A stretch of DNA of 58,687 bases from Octopus sinensis (lineage: Eukaryota). The stretch spans positions 1-58,687 of the forward strand of contig NW_021834266.1 of the NCBI RefSeq assembly GCF_006345805.1. The letters run 5' to 3'. Shown here piece after piece: positions 37,555-50,902 of this stretch. The notes beneath the pieces are model-generated. The model searched no databases. It saw only the letters and a list, made by a program, of their open reading frames with translations, and was not told where the DNA came from. Positions within the stretch are counted from its first letter, which is position 1. Every line of letters starts with the position of its first letter. A program made the position numbers and the translations under genes.

Positions 37555-38090
37555 ACCATACTGAACAAAATGCTTATCGGCATTTCGTCTGTCTTTACGT
37601 TCTGAGTTCAAATTCCGTCGAGGTCGACTTTGCCTTTCATACTTTCAGGATGGATAAATTAAGTACCAGTGAAACACTGGGGTCGATGTAATCGACTGGC
37701 CCCCGTCTCCCCCAAATTTCAGGTCTTGCACCTATAGTAGAAAGGATTATTATTATTATTATTTATTATTATTTATTATTATTTAGTATTTATTATTATT
37801 ATTATTTAGTATTTATTATTATTATTTATTATTATTATTTAATATTATTATTATTATTATTATTGACGCGATAATAAGACGGTCGATTAGCAGAATCGTA
37901 AGGGCATTTGGTAAAATGCCTTGCAGCATTTCATCCGGCTCTTTACATTCTGAGTTCAAATCCTGCCGAGGTCAGGTTGGGCTTTCATCCTTCCGGGTGA
38001 TCGATAAAATAATGTACAGCGTTCGAATATATCGACTAAATTCCTTCTCTCTAACTTTCTGACATTGTACAGATATGAGAAACAATTCTT
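37555..38090 (+). mobile_element. Two family B SINEs separated by an (ATT)n tail
   Basis: Bodies at about 37560-37750 and 37875-38090. Confidence 0.82.
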
Positions 38091-38139
38091 ATAAATGCGG
38101 TAAATGGCAAAATCGGTGGTGTGACGAAGAAAAGGCCTT

Positions 38140-38282
38140 ATTCATTTGACTTAGCGGTTCGGCAAAAGAGACCGATAGAATAAGTACTGGGCTTACAAAG
38201 AATAAGTCCCGGGGTTGATTTGCTCGACTAACGGTGGTGCTCCAGCATGGCCGCAGTCAAATGACTGAAACAAGTAAAAGAG
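38140..38282 (+). mobile_element. Family A SINE 3' module
   Basis: CTTAGCGGTTCGGCAAAAGAGACCGATAG..GACTGAAACAAGTAAAAGAG. Confidence 0.88.
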
Positions 38283-38825
38283 TATCGCAATTTGTGAACA
38301 GTAGCGTCGCTAGTTACAGATTTCTAAATGGACCAATCACTAATTCATTTTGCATTTCTAGCAGAGAGAGAAACGACCAAGCTATGCCAATGTTAACAAA
38401 TACAAGTATACATAAGCCCTAAAGTATTTTTCGCCTATATAAACATATTCATATACATCGTTGATATTATGTAAAAGTGTCGTAAGTCCAAAACGTTGCT
38501 TTCAGAAAACGAAAAATTGGTTTCAACCTTTCCATAGCAAAATCGTTGTACTACAGTTTGACAATTTTTGATATCTTGGTACTTGAAGTAGCTGGAGATA
38601 CGATAGTCTGACCAAAGGAACCGGCTATTGCGAGCAAAAATAAATACTGAAAAAAAAAAAACGTATTTGGCCAAATTTGGACATACGACAGTTTAACATA
38701 ATAGCAATGACATAGACCTACATAGATGTTGGAAAGATATAAACACACACACAGTTTAGCAGTTAGTCGTGAGCGAGAGCATGTCATAGAAGTTTGTGCT
38801 CTGCTTTTGCGTATTGTTTTATGCT

Positions 38826-39075
38826 ACTATGAGGTCGCAAGCACACATAGACACCCTCTCGGCACCCCACTTCGTTAAAAGCGGGGCATCGACGATATGC
38901 CAGCTACATAGAACTGTAAAATCCTTTTGCCATCGTCACACCCTCATTTTCTGCTAAGCAGACTGATGCAACGAGAAAGTATGTGCTTTACTCAAGGACA
39001 GAACGCGCCGCCTGGTCAAGGAGTCGAACCCTCGATTTTATGAACGCGCGTCCAACATTCTAACCACCAGGCCAT
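38826..39075 (-). mobile_element. tRNA-derived SINE family E
   Basis: Minus-strand head TGGCCTGGTGGTTAGAATGTTGGAC..GGGTTCGACTCC; body duplicated at 36049. Confidence 0.82.
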
Positions 39076-40368
39076 AAGCACACACACACAAACACACACA
39101 CTATGTACAGATTCCACCAGCTAAATTTCATTCACAAAGTATTAGCCGACTTGGTGCTGTTGTAAAAGACAAGATACATGCACAAGGAATCGAACCGCGG
39201 TTCACATAGATGTGAAGCGTACTGCTTAACCACACTGCTGTATATGACTGTGCCATTTTGATTACGGCCCTTTACGTTACGAATTCAAATGGTCCCTGGG
39301 TTGATTTTTGCTTCTGCGTTCCAATCTTCGATAAAATCAATAAAATGCATACCAGCTTATTTACACTTTTTCATGTTTAATTAATCGTTCGGTTAAATTA
39401 ATCAAACATTTCCTACAAAATCTGTGGCTTTATATCTGAGTTAGAAAATCCTTACTATAAGTATGGTTGTATCACCTCACCGAATACTGGGTTTTGCGCG
39501 CTGGCATAGCTATGTGATAAGAAACCAGATAATGGGTTTTAGGCACAGGCATAGCCATATAAGAAGTTCGTTTCTCAACCAAATGGTTCCATGTTCAGTC
39601 CCACTACGTGGTACTTTGAACAAGCGTTTTCATCTTTCGCTCGGGGCTGATCAAAGGCCTGTGAGTGGATTTGGTAAGCGGAAACCGAAAAGAAAGGCCC
39701 GTCGTGTGTGTGTGGGGGGGTGTATCACATTTAAAAAAGTCCTTGTCGGAATTACAATGTGTTATCAGTGAGCAAAAAATATGATTGATCAAATCTCAAG
39801 GCCCAAAATAATGTCATTATTATAAGTCATCGTCTTCTTCCTTAGTTTCCCTAAATATTTAATTTAACTTAGGGGCCACCAATCCAAGTAAACGTCAAAA
39901 GTCAGACATGCTGTTTGGGATAGAATAAGAGCATATGAATATTTGCATCATTATCATTCATCCCATTAATGTCCGTGTCCTGCCCGCAAAGCTTCTATCT
40001 GTGTGATGCCCTTGTGGCGAATTATATGAAATATATTTCTTTAGAGCATATGAATAATAATAATAAGCCATTGCGAAAAATGAAGCTTTTTTGATGAATA
40101 CGGGGGGGGGGGAGCATTTGTAAAATACCAATATGCGAATGAGGGTGCAACCTACAAGACTCTAAGAGACATTGTTTTAAAACTGAAACTGATGACATCA
40201 TTATCATCATCAGAGTTTTAATGAATATTTTGATAAGTTTATAAAATTTGATGGAAGCCAGGAGATTCTTTAATGAATTCAAATGATTTGAGGAGTTTTC
40301 CCAATGTAAAACATTAAAAAATTTTTTCATTCAATCTTTTAAATGGACCCAGATAAGTTTAATGCGTG

Positions 40369-40404
<36 letters not shown>

Positions 40405-40619
40405 CATATCTCTATGTGTGCATGCATGCATGTGTGTGTATGTAAATGTGTGTGCGCGCGCAGATGCACGTGATTTTGTTTCTCTACTTGACAACTGTCT
40501 CTGTAACTTAATCTCTTCGTCAAAAGAGGATCGATAAAGTAACTACAAGACTGGGGTCAATCTGATAGACAATCTTTTCCACACAACTATACCATTGTTG
40601 AAAATTTATTTATCAGCCA

Positions 40620-41005
40620 TACTCTCTCTTTACACTCTTACTTGTTTCAGTCATTTGACTGTGGCCATGCTGGAGCACCGCCTTTCGTCGAGCAAATCGA
40701 CCCCCAGGACGTACTCTTTGTAAGCCTAGTACTTATTCTAACGGTCTCTTTTGCCAAACTGCTAATTTACGGGGACGTAAACACACCAACATCAGTTGTC
40801 AAGCGATGTTGGGGGGACAAACACAGACACACACATATATATATATATGATGGGCTTCTTTCAGTTTCCGACTACCAAATCCACTCACAAGGTTTTGGTT
40901 GGCCCGAGGCTATAGTAGAAGACACTTGCCCAAGGTGTCACGCTGTGGGACTGAACCCGGAACCATGTGGTTCGTAAGCAAGCTACTTACCACACAGCCA
41001 CTCCT
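40620..41005 (-). mobile_element. SINE family A, full length
   Basis: Reverse complement of the family A sequence. Confidence 0.9.
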
Positions 41006-41007
41006 AC

Positions 41008-41718
41008 TAAAGGCCAGCAATTTCGATGGAGGGCAAGAAAGTCGATTACATCGACGCACCACAATGCTCAACTTATTTTATCGACTAGGAAAATATTTAA
41101 TTCAAAGTCGACATCGGTAGAATTTGAATTCAGGATGCAAAGACGGACGAAATGCCCCTAAATTCCCTAACCGGCGTGCTAACGATTTTACCAACTCGCC
41201 GCTTTATAACACAAATACTAATGTTTCCTGTTTAACAACTCGTAGTTTTTGTTGACAAAACTTAACTGAGTATATTTTATCGTTCTCAGTCAAGTAGGGT
41301 GTGAAAATATCTACATTTCGCATGAGATCACGAGTAGGGATCTGCATCTCTTTGCATGTTCTTTTCAACTCTAGGCACAAGGCCCGAAATTTTGGAGGAG
41401 GGGGGTCAGTCGATTAGATCGACCCCAGTATGCAACTGGTACTTAATTTATCGATGCCGAAAAGCTGAAAGGCAAAGTTGGCCTCGGCGGAATTTGAACT
41501 CAGAACGTAAAGACACCGGAGTACCGCTAAGCATTTCGCCCGGAGTGCTAATGATTCTGCCTGCTCGCCGCCTTTAAAAGAAAGAAAATTCTTTTCTACT
41601 CTAGGTACAAGGTCCGAAATTTTGGGGTAGAGGGCCAGTCGATTAGATTGACTCCAGTACGTAACTGGTACTTAATTTATCGACCCCGAAAGGATGAAAG
41701 GCAAAGTCGACCTCGGCA
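41008..41718 (-). mobile_element. Three minus-strand family B SINEs (a further copy at 42145-42335)
   Basis: Copies at about 41008-41205, 41365-41575 and 41593-41718. Confidence 0.82.
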
Positions 41719-43404
41719 TTTTCTTTGCATATTCGTTCCTTTCTCATAATGCTTGTTTGAACGAGAGGGTGTGCATCTATACGCGTGTGTGTATCCATAG
41801 CAACTAAAAGTTGTGTGAAAGAGTTTGTTGATGATATTTGATTTAAAAGTATGTCTTGTTTTGTTTTTTTTTCCTTTTCTCGTCCCCTGTACTATGTCTG
41901 TCCACCAGAATATGTCTCGTGTCGTAATTATCATGACCAGCACTTACTTCCCCAAATCAACGATCCCTCAGAATCCACTTCCCTGGTTATGCTCGAGCCC
42001 CCAATTTGAGGACGGTGGTTTTACGGAGTAAGTAAAGCCTCAAGGAAAATTTTATGCTGTGTATTTAGTCTGTGCCTCCGGATTCCTATTTCGAAACCCG
42101 CTGGGGTCGGTTATTTTCTATTCATTTCTCTAGATTCCATAAAACCCTTTTACGATAGTCACAAGGTCTGAATTTTGATGAGATGGGGGCTAGTCGATTA
42201 CATCGACCCCAGTGCTCAAATCGTAAGTTTTTTTTATCGACCCCGAAAGGTTGAAAGGCAAAGTCAACTCGGCGGAATTTGAACTCAGAACGTAAAGTGT
42301 CAGGAGAAATGCCGCTAACTGCCAAGCATTTAATTCAGCCAGCCCATTGCTTTCTAAATTCCAGAAAATAAGCACCAATCAAGTACTGCGATGTATATAT
42401 TCGATTCTTTTCCTACCTCCTTCAACTAGAATGAGTAACCTTTGGCCTATTTTAGGTATCCATCATTGATATCCATATATGGTATTATGAAGCCGCTCTG
42501 CATCTACGACTTCTTATTCTTATTGGACCGATATACAATTTACCGGAAGTAGTTGTTTAGGAGATGCAGCGGCAGGATTCTAGCTTTTTATTTAGAGATG
42601 GTGCATAATCGATTGACCTTACTTCAGTATACGCCAAGTATTTACCATATTATTGACCCCTGAATGATTCCGAAAGCGAATTCGTTGATGATAATATTTG
42701 AACCCCATAACAGTGAAAACCGAATGCTGCAAACATTTTAACGCCATCTTGTAAAGACGCCACGTTTTCCTGCCGCATCATCGCTTCCATTTTGCTAAAC
42801 ATTAATCCGCGACGGCTTTTAAAAGTTCGATCATCAACAATCAGCGTGTCTGGATCCATTTGTTCGTATCTCCGAATGGTTCGTTCAGTTTTTCATATAT
42901 TTCCTCACGTATGACTTGTTCACTTCCACATTTCTTTACGTCAACTTCAATGAATCTGCATTCATACTCATACTCATACTACGGTCTGGTTCAATTCAGC
43001 TCTTGTAATTATATATATCAGGTTCGGATTTCACACACAACTCGTATTTCTGATGCAATCTATTTGTTTTCTCGATTGTTTGGTTCAATTTATCTTGGGC
43101 TACTACATATAACTGATTCGCTTTATACATATACATACATATATTATATATATATATATATGTATCTCATGTCTGGTTCACATGATCTCACATGTCGGCT
43201 TTAATTTGCAAGTATCACCGAACACCAGATCACTCGGTTTATCTGTATATTTTGCATGACAGTTCTTGCTTGATTTAGCCACATCATGATGCCTTAAGCA
43301 TACTTAGTGCATATGTCTATCTTTACAGTTTATTTTCAGAACACTATAAAAGCATATATCTCTATATTTCTCGATTATCTTTCTTAATATTCTGCATATA
43401 TAGG

Positions 43405-43575
43405 CACAGGTGTGGCTGTGTGGTGAGAAGCTTGCTTCCCAACCACAAGGTTATGGGTTCAGTCTCTACTGCCTTGAGCAGTAGGAACCTTGAGCAAATG
43501 TCTTCAACTATAGTCCCAGGCTGGCCAAAGACTTGTGAGTGGATTTGGTAGTTGTAAACTGAAATAAGCCCGTTG

Positions 43576-43577
<2 letters not shown>
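43405..43577 (+). mobile_element. Family A SINE 5' half ending in (ATCT)n
   Basis: GTGGCTGTGTGGTGAGAAGCTTGC..GGGTTCAGTC..GTGAGTGGATTTGGTAG. Confidence 0.78.
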
Positions 43578-43629
<52 letters not shown>

Positions 43630-43637
43630 CCTATATA

Positions 43638-43673
<36 letters not shown>

Positions 43674-43781
43674 CGAAATTGCGAGGATGATCTGGTTCTT
43701 GACTGAAGATTAAAGGCTTCGAATGACCCGTCATGTTTTTTGTATTGTCTATTTGGATGTTTTGCGTTCTTGTCCCAATTG

Positions 43782-43818
<37 letters not shown>

Positions 43819-43843
43819 GTGTGTGTGTGTGTGTCCCACCACC

Positions 43844-44170
43844 GCATGGCTCAATGGTTAAAGCGTCGAGCTTACGATCGTGAGGTTGTGAGTTCGATTC
43901 CCGAAACATGCGTGTTGTGTTCTTGAGCAAGACACTTCATTTCACATTGTTCCAGTTAACTCAGCCGTAGAAATTAGTTACGACATCACTGGTGCCAAGC
44001 TGTATCGGCCTATGCCTTTCCCTTGGATAACATCATTTGTGTTGAGCGGGGAAGCTGGTATGTATGGGTGATTGCTGGCCTTCCACAAACAACCTTGCCC
44101 GGACTTGTGCCTCGGAGGGTAACTTTCTATGTGCAATCTCATGGTCATTCATGACCGAAGGGGGTCTCCC
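43844..44170 (+). mobile_element. tRNA-derived SINE family D
   Basis: GCATGGCTCAATGGTTAAAGCG..GAGTTCGATTCCC (A/B boxes), TTCTTGAGCAAGACAC; related minus-strand pieces at 45062-45212 and 25300-25442. Confidence 0.82.
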
Positions 44171-44795
44171 TCCTATATATATAATCACATGAAAAATGTA
44201 TCGTAGTTGTGTAAAACAGGAATGTTACGTAATTTATTTAGAAAACGATATCCCTGGTCTGGCTAAGATGTCTACCTGATCTTTGGCCTTCACTGGAGGA
44301 ATTGTACCCGAGCCACCAACAGTGAATGCGACCAGTGACTGAGTACTGCTGTAAGCTAGGGAGAGGGACGAAAGAAAGAGGCGGAACATGTTAGTAGGAT
44401 ATGAGGTGACTTACTAAGAGAGAGGGAGGGAGTGAAGAATGGTACGGAGCCCAGAAAGGCTTGCATGAGTCTGTTTCTGCTGCGTCAGTGAATCTACTTT
44501 TGCATGTGTGAATGAGTTTATGAAATAAGTGTAAAGCCGAGATATTCTCTGTATGTGCGTATTTGGACTGTCCGACGAAAACTAAAACTACATAACCGAA
44601 ATATCGGAGAAACTGCCGACATCTTTTGAAAGGCTGTAAAAGTTGTGTGTGTTTTAATCGACGTATATTTTCAGTTTTCTCACTGATTAAAAAAGTTTTT
44701 TTTAACTAAACGGTTTGAAACTTCGTATACTGGTGTAATTTCTCACGTTCAACGCGGTTTACTTTCAGCATTTTTGATAAAATTTCGTATTTTAA

Positions 44796-45058
44796 AAGTT
44801 ATTTCGTGTTAAAGTTGTCGTATTTACGTAATTTTAACCAATCGACGACGTGTATTCAGCTGAAGAAACCTACTGCTGTTTGTGATAGTAATCGAAGAAC
44901 AACAATTTCCGGGTCATCTCTAATAAATGTATTTTGATGACCTGGAAATTGTTGATCTTCGATTATTTTAGCAAACAGCAGTAGCTTTGTTCAGTCGAAT
45001 ACAGGTCGTTGATTGGTTAAAATTACGTAAATACGACAACTTTAACACGAAATAACTT
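44796..45058. repeat. Imperfect palindrome, about 123-bp arms, 17-nt loop (MITE/fold-back-like)
   Basis: AAGTTATTTCGTGTTAAAGTTGTCG..GGGTCATC versus GATGACCTGG..CGACAACTTTAACACGAAATAACTT. Confidence 0.9.
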
Positions 45059-45584
45059 CTAGCTTTACTCATTTTTGCCAGCTGAGTGGACTAGAGCAAC
45101 GTGAATGAAGTGTTTTGCTCAAGAACACAGCGTGTCGCCCGGTCCAGGAATCGAATCCACAATCTTACGATCATGATGTTGACACTCTAAACACTGAGCC
45201 ACGCGCCTCCACCAAGTGAAGTAATATGCTCTGCCGTCACATATTATCTGTCTGCAACGCTTTTTGTCAATAAAAACGAACCCTATTTATAAAGGATTAC
45301 GCAAAACAAAACAAAATAAAAATGAGAATGCTTAGAAATCAAACACTGAGAATTTTGATATATGCTAAACAAAAATCAGGCGAGAAAGTTATCTTTCACA
45401 GATGAAATCGGAAAATCAGTGGAATGAGCTTTACCAATCGAAGTTGAATTCGCCTCATGGAAATAGTTCGATTACCAAAATTTCTAGATTCATTTCCTGC
45501 TTCAAGATTTAATGTTTCTCGAAGTGGGAATGTATTTGCTCTCTCTCTCTCTCTCTCTCTCCCTCTCTCTCTCTCTCCCTCACC

Positions 45585-45619
<35 letters not shown>

Positions 45620-46047
45620 TTCTCACACACACACACACACAAAGATAAATATGTCTCAGTAAAAAGTGTCTTCTACCACGAGCGATGAGTACCCTTGCTA
45701 ACTGCTGGTGTACCACGGAGGACATTTTACTGGAAGTTCTTTTACTTAAGACTAATATTTACTCTATCGGTCTTCATTTGCTGAACCGCTAATTCAAAAG
45801 GACGCAAACAAACCAACATCAAATGTTTGTCAAGAGACAAACAGAAAGGTGCGTACACAGCACACACAAGTTTCTGAACAGTTTCTGTCTACCAGATTTA
45901 CTCGCAGGACATTTTTCGGCGCGAGGTAGTGGTGGTGGTGGTGGTAGTAGTAAAAAGTACCTGTCCAATGTACCGCACAGTAGGACGGAACCCAAAACCA
46001 CAGTAACATGCCTGCGCCTACAAGGTGTCAATATTTCCATATCTTAT

Positions 46048-46612
46048 GGCAGAGAGCTGGCAGAATCGCCGGGCGAAATGCTTAGCGGTATTTCGTCTGC
46101 CGCTACGTTCTGAGTTCAAATTCCGTCGAGGTCGACTTTGTCTTTCATCCTTTCGGGGTCGATTAAATAAGTACCAGTTACGCACTGGGGTCGATGTAAT
46201 CGACTTAATCCGTTTGTCTGTCCTTGTTTGTCCTCACTGTGTTTAGCCCCTTGTGGGTAGTAAAGAAATAGGTATTTCGCCTGCCGCTACGTTCTGAGGT
46301 CAGATTCCACCGAGGTCGACTTTACCTTTCATCCTTTCGGGGGTCGATTAAATAAGTACCAGTTACGCACTGGTGTCGATATAATCGACTTAATCCGTTT
46401 GTCTGTCCTTGTTTGTCTTCTCTGTGTTTAGCCCCTTGTGGGTAGTAAAGAAATAGGTATTTCGTGTGTCTTTACGTTCTGAGTTCAAATTCCGCCGAGG
46501 TTGACTTTGCCTTTCATCCTTTCGGGATCGATTAAATAATATACCAGTTGCGTACTAGGGTCGATCTAATCGACTGGTCCTCCCCCCAAAATTCGTGCCT
46601 TCTGCCTAGAAA
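46048..46612 (+). mobile_element. Tandem trimer of SINE family B
   Basis: GTATTTCG restarts at 46088, 46272 and 46457. Confidence 0.9.
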
Positions 46613-47038
46613 AGAATATTTCCATATCTTAAAAAGAGAAGTACATAGTTTGAGGGAATACTTGACTGCTTTTTCTAGCAAGTCTAGCGGCAACGTAGAT
46701 ATATCTCGGTCGGGCTGCCTTCAATATTTATTGCTGATAGGAATTTTTTATCATATTTTTTTCAATGATTTTTATCTATATCATTTATTTGTTTGTTCTC
46801 GACCTTTCTGTTCCGCCTTAGCAATATCTCCTTGGTACAGCAGTGCAGTGTCAGTACATTGTTAATAATATGATAAATTTGCAGTTCCGCTTGAATGGGT
46901 TTTTTTCTTCTCTTTTATCTCTGGTTGCTACTGAGCAATCACCTGTCCCCTATTTCTTTTACCTCTTTCTCAATCGTATACATCTTCAATCAGTCCCCTC
47001 CCCCACCTCACTCTGTAGCGTAACACGATGTATATATA

Positions 47039-47079
<41 letters not shown>

Positions 47080-47254
47080 ACACACGCACCACACTAACAT
47101 AGATTAAGGGCACTCCTTAATACATATGAAATATTTCAATTGTAAATTTTGATGTTAGACGAACCGTAGCAGCGTGTGTGTGTGTATGTATGTACACACA
47201 CACATATACATAAACGTGTATATATATATATATATATATATATATGCATACACA

Positions 47255-47289
<35 letters not shown>

Positions 47290-47799
47290 GCATACACATG
47301 TATATATATATATATATATATATACATCTATATATACACACACACATACACATGTATATATATATGCATATATGTATATATACATACATACACATTTATA
47401 TATATATATATATGTATATATATATGCATATACACACACTCGCGCGCGCATACACACGCACAGGGTCCTAGTTGTGGGTTAACTAGTATTTGTAATGGCA
47501 GTCCATCTGAGCATGGATGGAAAGCAAACGTATCCTTGGTTGGTGTCAGGGTGCGCAGAGAAAACTACCAGAATTGAACGATCCCTAGTTGTTATCGCAG
47601 TATCCTCCGAGGAGAGGGACACACTGAGGTAAAACCTACGGTTTCCCATGATTACTGGTCATCACACTTCAGCCTTGTCACTAAGTACCCGTCAAGGAGG
47701 CGCTTGTGTTGTACGTGCGTTTATTACTGTAATTCAATAACGCACAAGTGTCCCTTTATGGAGACCTCATTTGTCATTCCGTCTACTGAAAGTCTTGCG

Positions 47800-47935
47800 A
47801 TGATGGATGTGAAGATGTGAAGCACCATGTGAAGCAGACCAGTTGGAAGCTTCACAGTTTGGATTTTTTTGTCTGTCACCTGTGCTTCAAATCATACGGA
47901 TCTGCAGCCGGACTGTTTCGTCATCGGAGAGGGAG
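47800..47935 (+). mobile_element. Possible RTE-type LINE ORF C-terminal zinc-knuckle remnant
   Basis: FVCHLCFKSYGSAAGLFRHRR resembles the C-x2-C..GL..H terminal motif of RTE ORFs; could instead be a single C2H2 finger relic. Confidence 0.35.
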
Positions 47936-47984
47936 AGAAAATAAAGTCAGAAATACCATTACTCTTTTTTCTCTATTTTTTTTA

Positions 47985-48457
47985 CTCTTTTATTTGCTTC
48001 AGTCATTTGACTGCGACCATGCTGTAGCACCGCCTTTAGTCGAGCAAATCGACCCCGGGACTTATTCTTTGTAAGCCCAGTACTTATTCTATCGGTCTCT
48101 TTTGCCGAATGCCTTTTAACGCATTTATAAGACTTGTTTCTCACATCTGTACAATATCAGAAAGTTTAGAATAGCCTGGTAGCTATTCTATCGGTCTCTT
48201 TTGCCGAAGCGTTAAGTTGCGAGGACGTAAACACACCAGCATCGGTTGACAAGCGATGTTGGGGTGACAAACACACACACAAACATATGCACATACATAT
48301 ATATATATATACTTATATACGATAGGCTTCTTTCAGTTTTCGACTACCAAATCCACTCACAAGGCTTGGTCGACCCGAGGCTATAGTAGAAGACACTTGG
48401 CCAAGGTGCCGGTGCCACGCAGTGGGACTGAACCTGGAAACATGTGGTTGCTAAGCA
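47985..48457 (-). mobile_element. SINE family A carrying a 74-bp secondary insertion
   Basis: 25-bp duplication (48085-48109 and 48184-48208) brackets the insert. Confidence 0.88.
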
Positions 48458-48497
48458 GCACAAGGAAACGGCAATTATCTGTGAAGATGGCGCACCA

Positions 48498-48549
<52 letters not shown>

Positions 48550-49043
48550 TAAGCTCTGCATAATAAACGGTTGGAAGACTAATTATTTGGCTGAGTGGTT
48601 GAGAAGTTCGTCTCGTAATCAAACGGTTTTGGTTTCAGTCCTCACTGAGTGGTGCCTTCGGCAAGTGACTTCTATTATATCACTTGATCTTCCAATTGTT
48701 TGTCGGTGATTTTCGTTAACGGAAACTGCAGAAGCCAATGGTATACATGTGTATGTATATCATGTACAAGGGGGTGCTGGTGCTGAAAAGTTCCTGTCTT
48801 TGGGTAGAAGAAAATACAAGAGGATCAGTTAATTACGATTTTATTCAACATATTTTCCTCTGAAGTTCACACACTTATTGCAACGGTCCTTCGGCTTTTC
48901 TAAACCCTTTAAAAGAACTCGGTAGATTGGGCCTCTAACCAGGCCTTTCGCTATACCCTCAAAGCCAGAAGCTTTTCAGCAACCCTGGTGTGTGTGAGAG
49001 AGTGAGAGAGAGAGATATATAAAAGAGAGATAAAGAGAAACTA

Positions 49044-49608
49044 TTGAGTTGTCCGGAAAGTTCGTGCCGATTTTTAAAGGACAGAAAAAGGGCAATAAAT
49101 ACTTGCCATTATAATTTTAATCAACTAAATATGAACCATTTTGTTGCACAATGCGTCTCCATCTTCCTTTACCTTGAAAATACCCTCTTCCCAGAATTGA
49201 GGTGGTTTCATGGCAAAGAATTTATCAAGGTATCTTTTTACGTCGTCCAAGGAATTGAAATTTTTACCATTATGACTATTCTGCAGAAACATGAATAAGT
49301 GGAAATCCGAAGGAGTAATATCTGGTGAATATGGAGGGTGGGGTAACTCATACCAGCCGAGCTGCAGCAATTTTTGTCTGGTTCCCAAAGCATCAAGTGC
49401 CGAAAAGGAACTTTCTTATCTTCCATTTTAAAAGGTTACAGAATTAACACAGGTTATAGGAACATAAACCTTCTTCCACGAAAAGATAGATTAAACTGTG
49501 TTCTAGATGGAGGTGTAGTCACATCCTATTTTATGGACTCATCCATGTTCTAAAATAAGTCGAAAGGTAAGCTACTTTAAATCGGCACGAACTTTCCGGA
49601 CAACCCAA
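49044..49608 (-). mobile_element. Internally deleted mariner transposon with both TIRs and TA target duplication
   Basis: TA|TTGAGTTGTCCGGAAAGTTCGTGCCGATTT..AAATCGGCACGAACTTTCCGGACAACCCAA|TA; MEDKKVPFRHLMLWE joined to TRQKLLQLGWYELPHPPYSPDITPSDFHLF..RWRRIVQQNGSYLVD*. Confidence 0.95.
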
Positions 49609-49805
49609 TACATACAAACAGTTGTTGGTGTTTTTATGCTCTCGTAACTTAGTAGTGCAGTAAAAAGGAAATGGATCGATTAAATTATTCAACTTAAAAT
49701 ATAATCGGGATCAATCTGACCTTTTAAACAGTACTGCTGCTTATTTATTTATTTTTTTAATCTCAAAACGTATGTTTCTGATTATAACGTACGCATATGT
49801 TAATG

Positions 49806-50120
49806 TGTGGAGTCGCAATGGCCCAGTGGTTAAGGCAGCGGACTCGCGGTCGGAGGATCGCGGTTTCGATTCCCAGACCGGGCGTTGTGTGTGTTTATTG
49901 AGCGAAAACACCTAAAAGCTCCACGAGGCTCCGGCAGGGGGTGGTGGCAACCCCTGTTGTACTCTTTCGCCCCAACTTTTTCTCAGTCTTTCTTCCTGTT
50001 TCTTGAGTAATGCTGCGATGGACTGGCGTCCCGTCCAGCTGGGTTGGGGCGGGGGACACATACGCCACAGAAACCGGGAAACCGGGCCCATGAGCCCGGC
50101 TAGGCTTGAAATGGGCGCAT
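49806..50120 (+). mobile_element. SINE family C
   Basis: TGGCCCAGTGGTTAAGGCAGCGGACTCGCGG..GGTTTCGATTCCC. Confidence 0.9.
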
Positions 50121-50406
50121 AAATAAAAAAATAAATAATAAATAATATGTTCATGTAAGCATATTTTCACATATACATACATATACGCATACACTCACAC
50201 ACATACACTAACACACACACACACACAAAATGTCTGTAAACATGTGTACAATAGACCAATGTATTGGTAATTGTTGTTGTTGTTACACGCCCATTACTAT
50301 AAAAGGTAAACAAATTCAGATTATTGGGTCGATGTATCGACTAGCACGCTTCCTTCCCTCAGAATTGCTGGCCTCGCATCTAAATCAGAAATTATTATTA
50401 TCATCA

Positions 50407-50449
<43 letters not shown>

Positions 50450-50810
50450 CACTTTGATTATTATTATTATAAGAAGTCAGTGTCTTGATTACGTTCGACT
50501 TACTTTCAGCCTACCTCACCTTCGTCAAAGTCTTTGCCAGTCTGTCCATCTGTATGTATGTATGTGTGTGTGTGTTTATATTGACAGAAGACAAAATCTT
50601 TCGACAGCTCACCTGGCAGGTGACAGCAGCTCGTAAGGTGAGCGTGGAATAACATCAAAGATTTACCTTTTAACAAACTCAATGAAATCAGCGCCCAGCC
50701 AACTAACCGGTAAGACGAAATATCAGCGCACAGGTAGATTTTTTCCAGACATAATTGATTTTTTGATCTCTCTCTCTCTCTCTCTTCCTCTGTTTTATCT
50801 ATCTATCTAT

Positions 50811-50867
<57 letters not shown>

Positions 50868-50902
50868 TCATACATACATACATACACACTCACAGACTTT
50901 CA

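Noticed and set aside
38528-38624. Possible minus-strand exon RFLWSDYRISSYFKYQDIKNCQTVVQRFCYGK
   Set aside because: Acceptor plausible but donor (GTTGAA) is weak, no family recognised and no partner exons
49806-49880. tRNA-like sequences (also 18601, 35121, 43844 and 39040-39075)
   Set aside because: A/B boxes are present but no complete cloverleaf or acceptor stem; each runs into a SINE body
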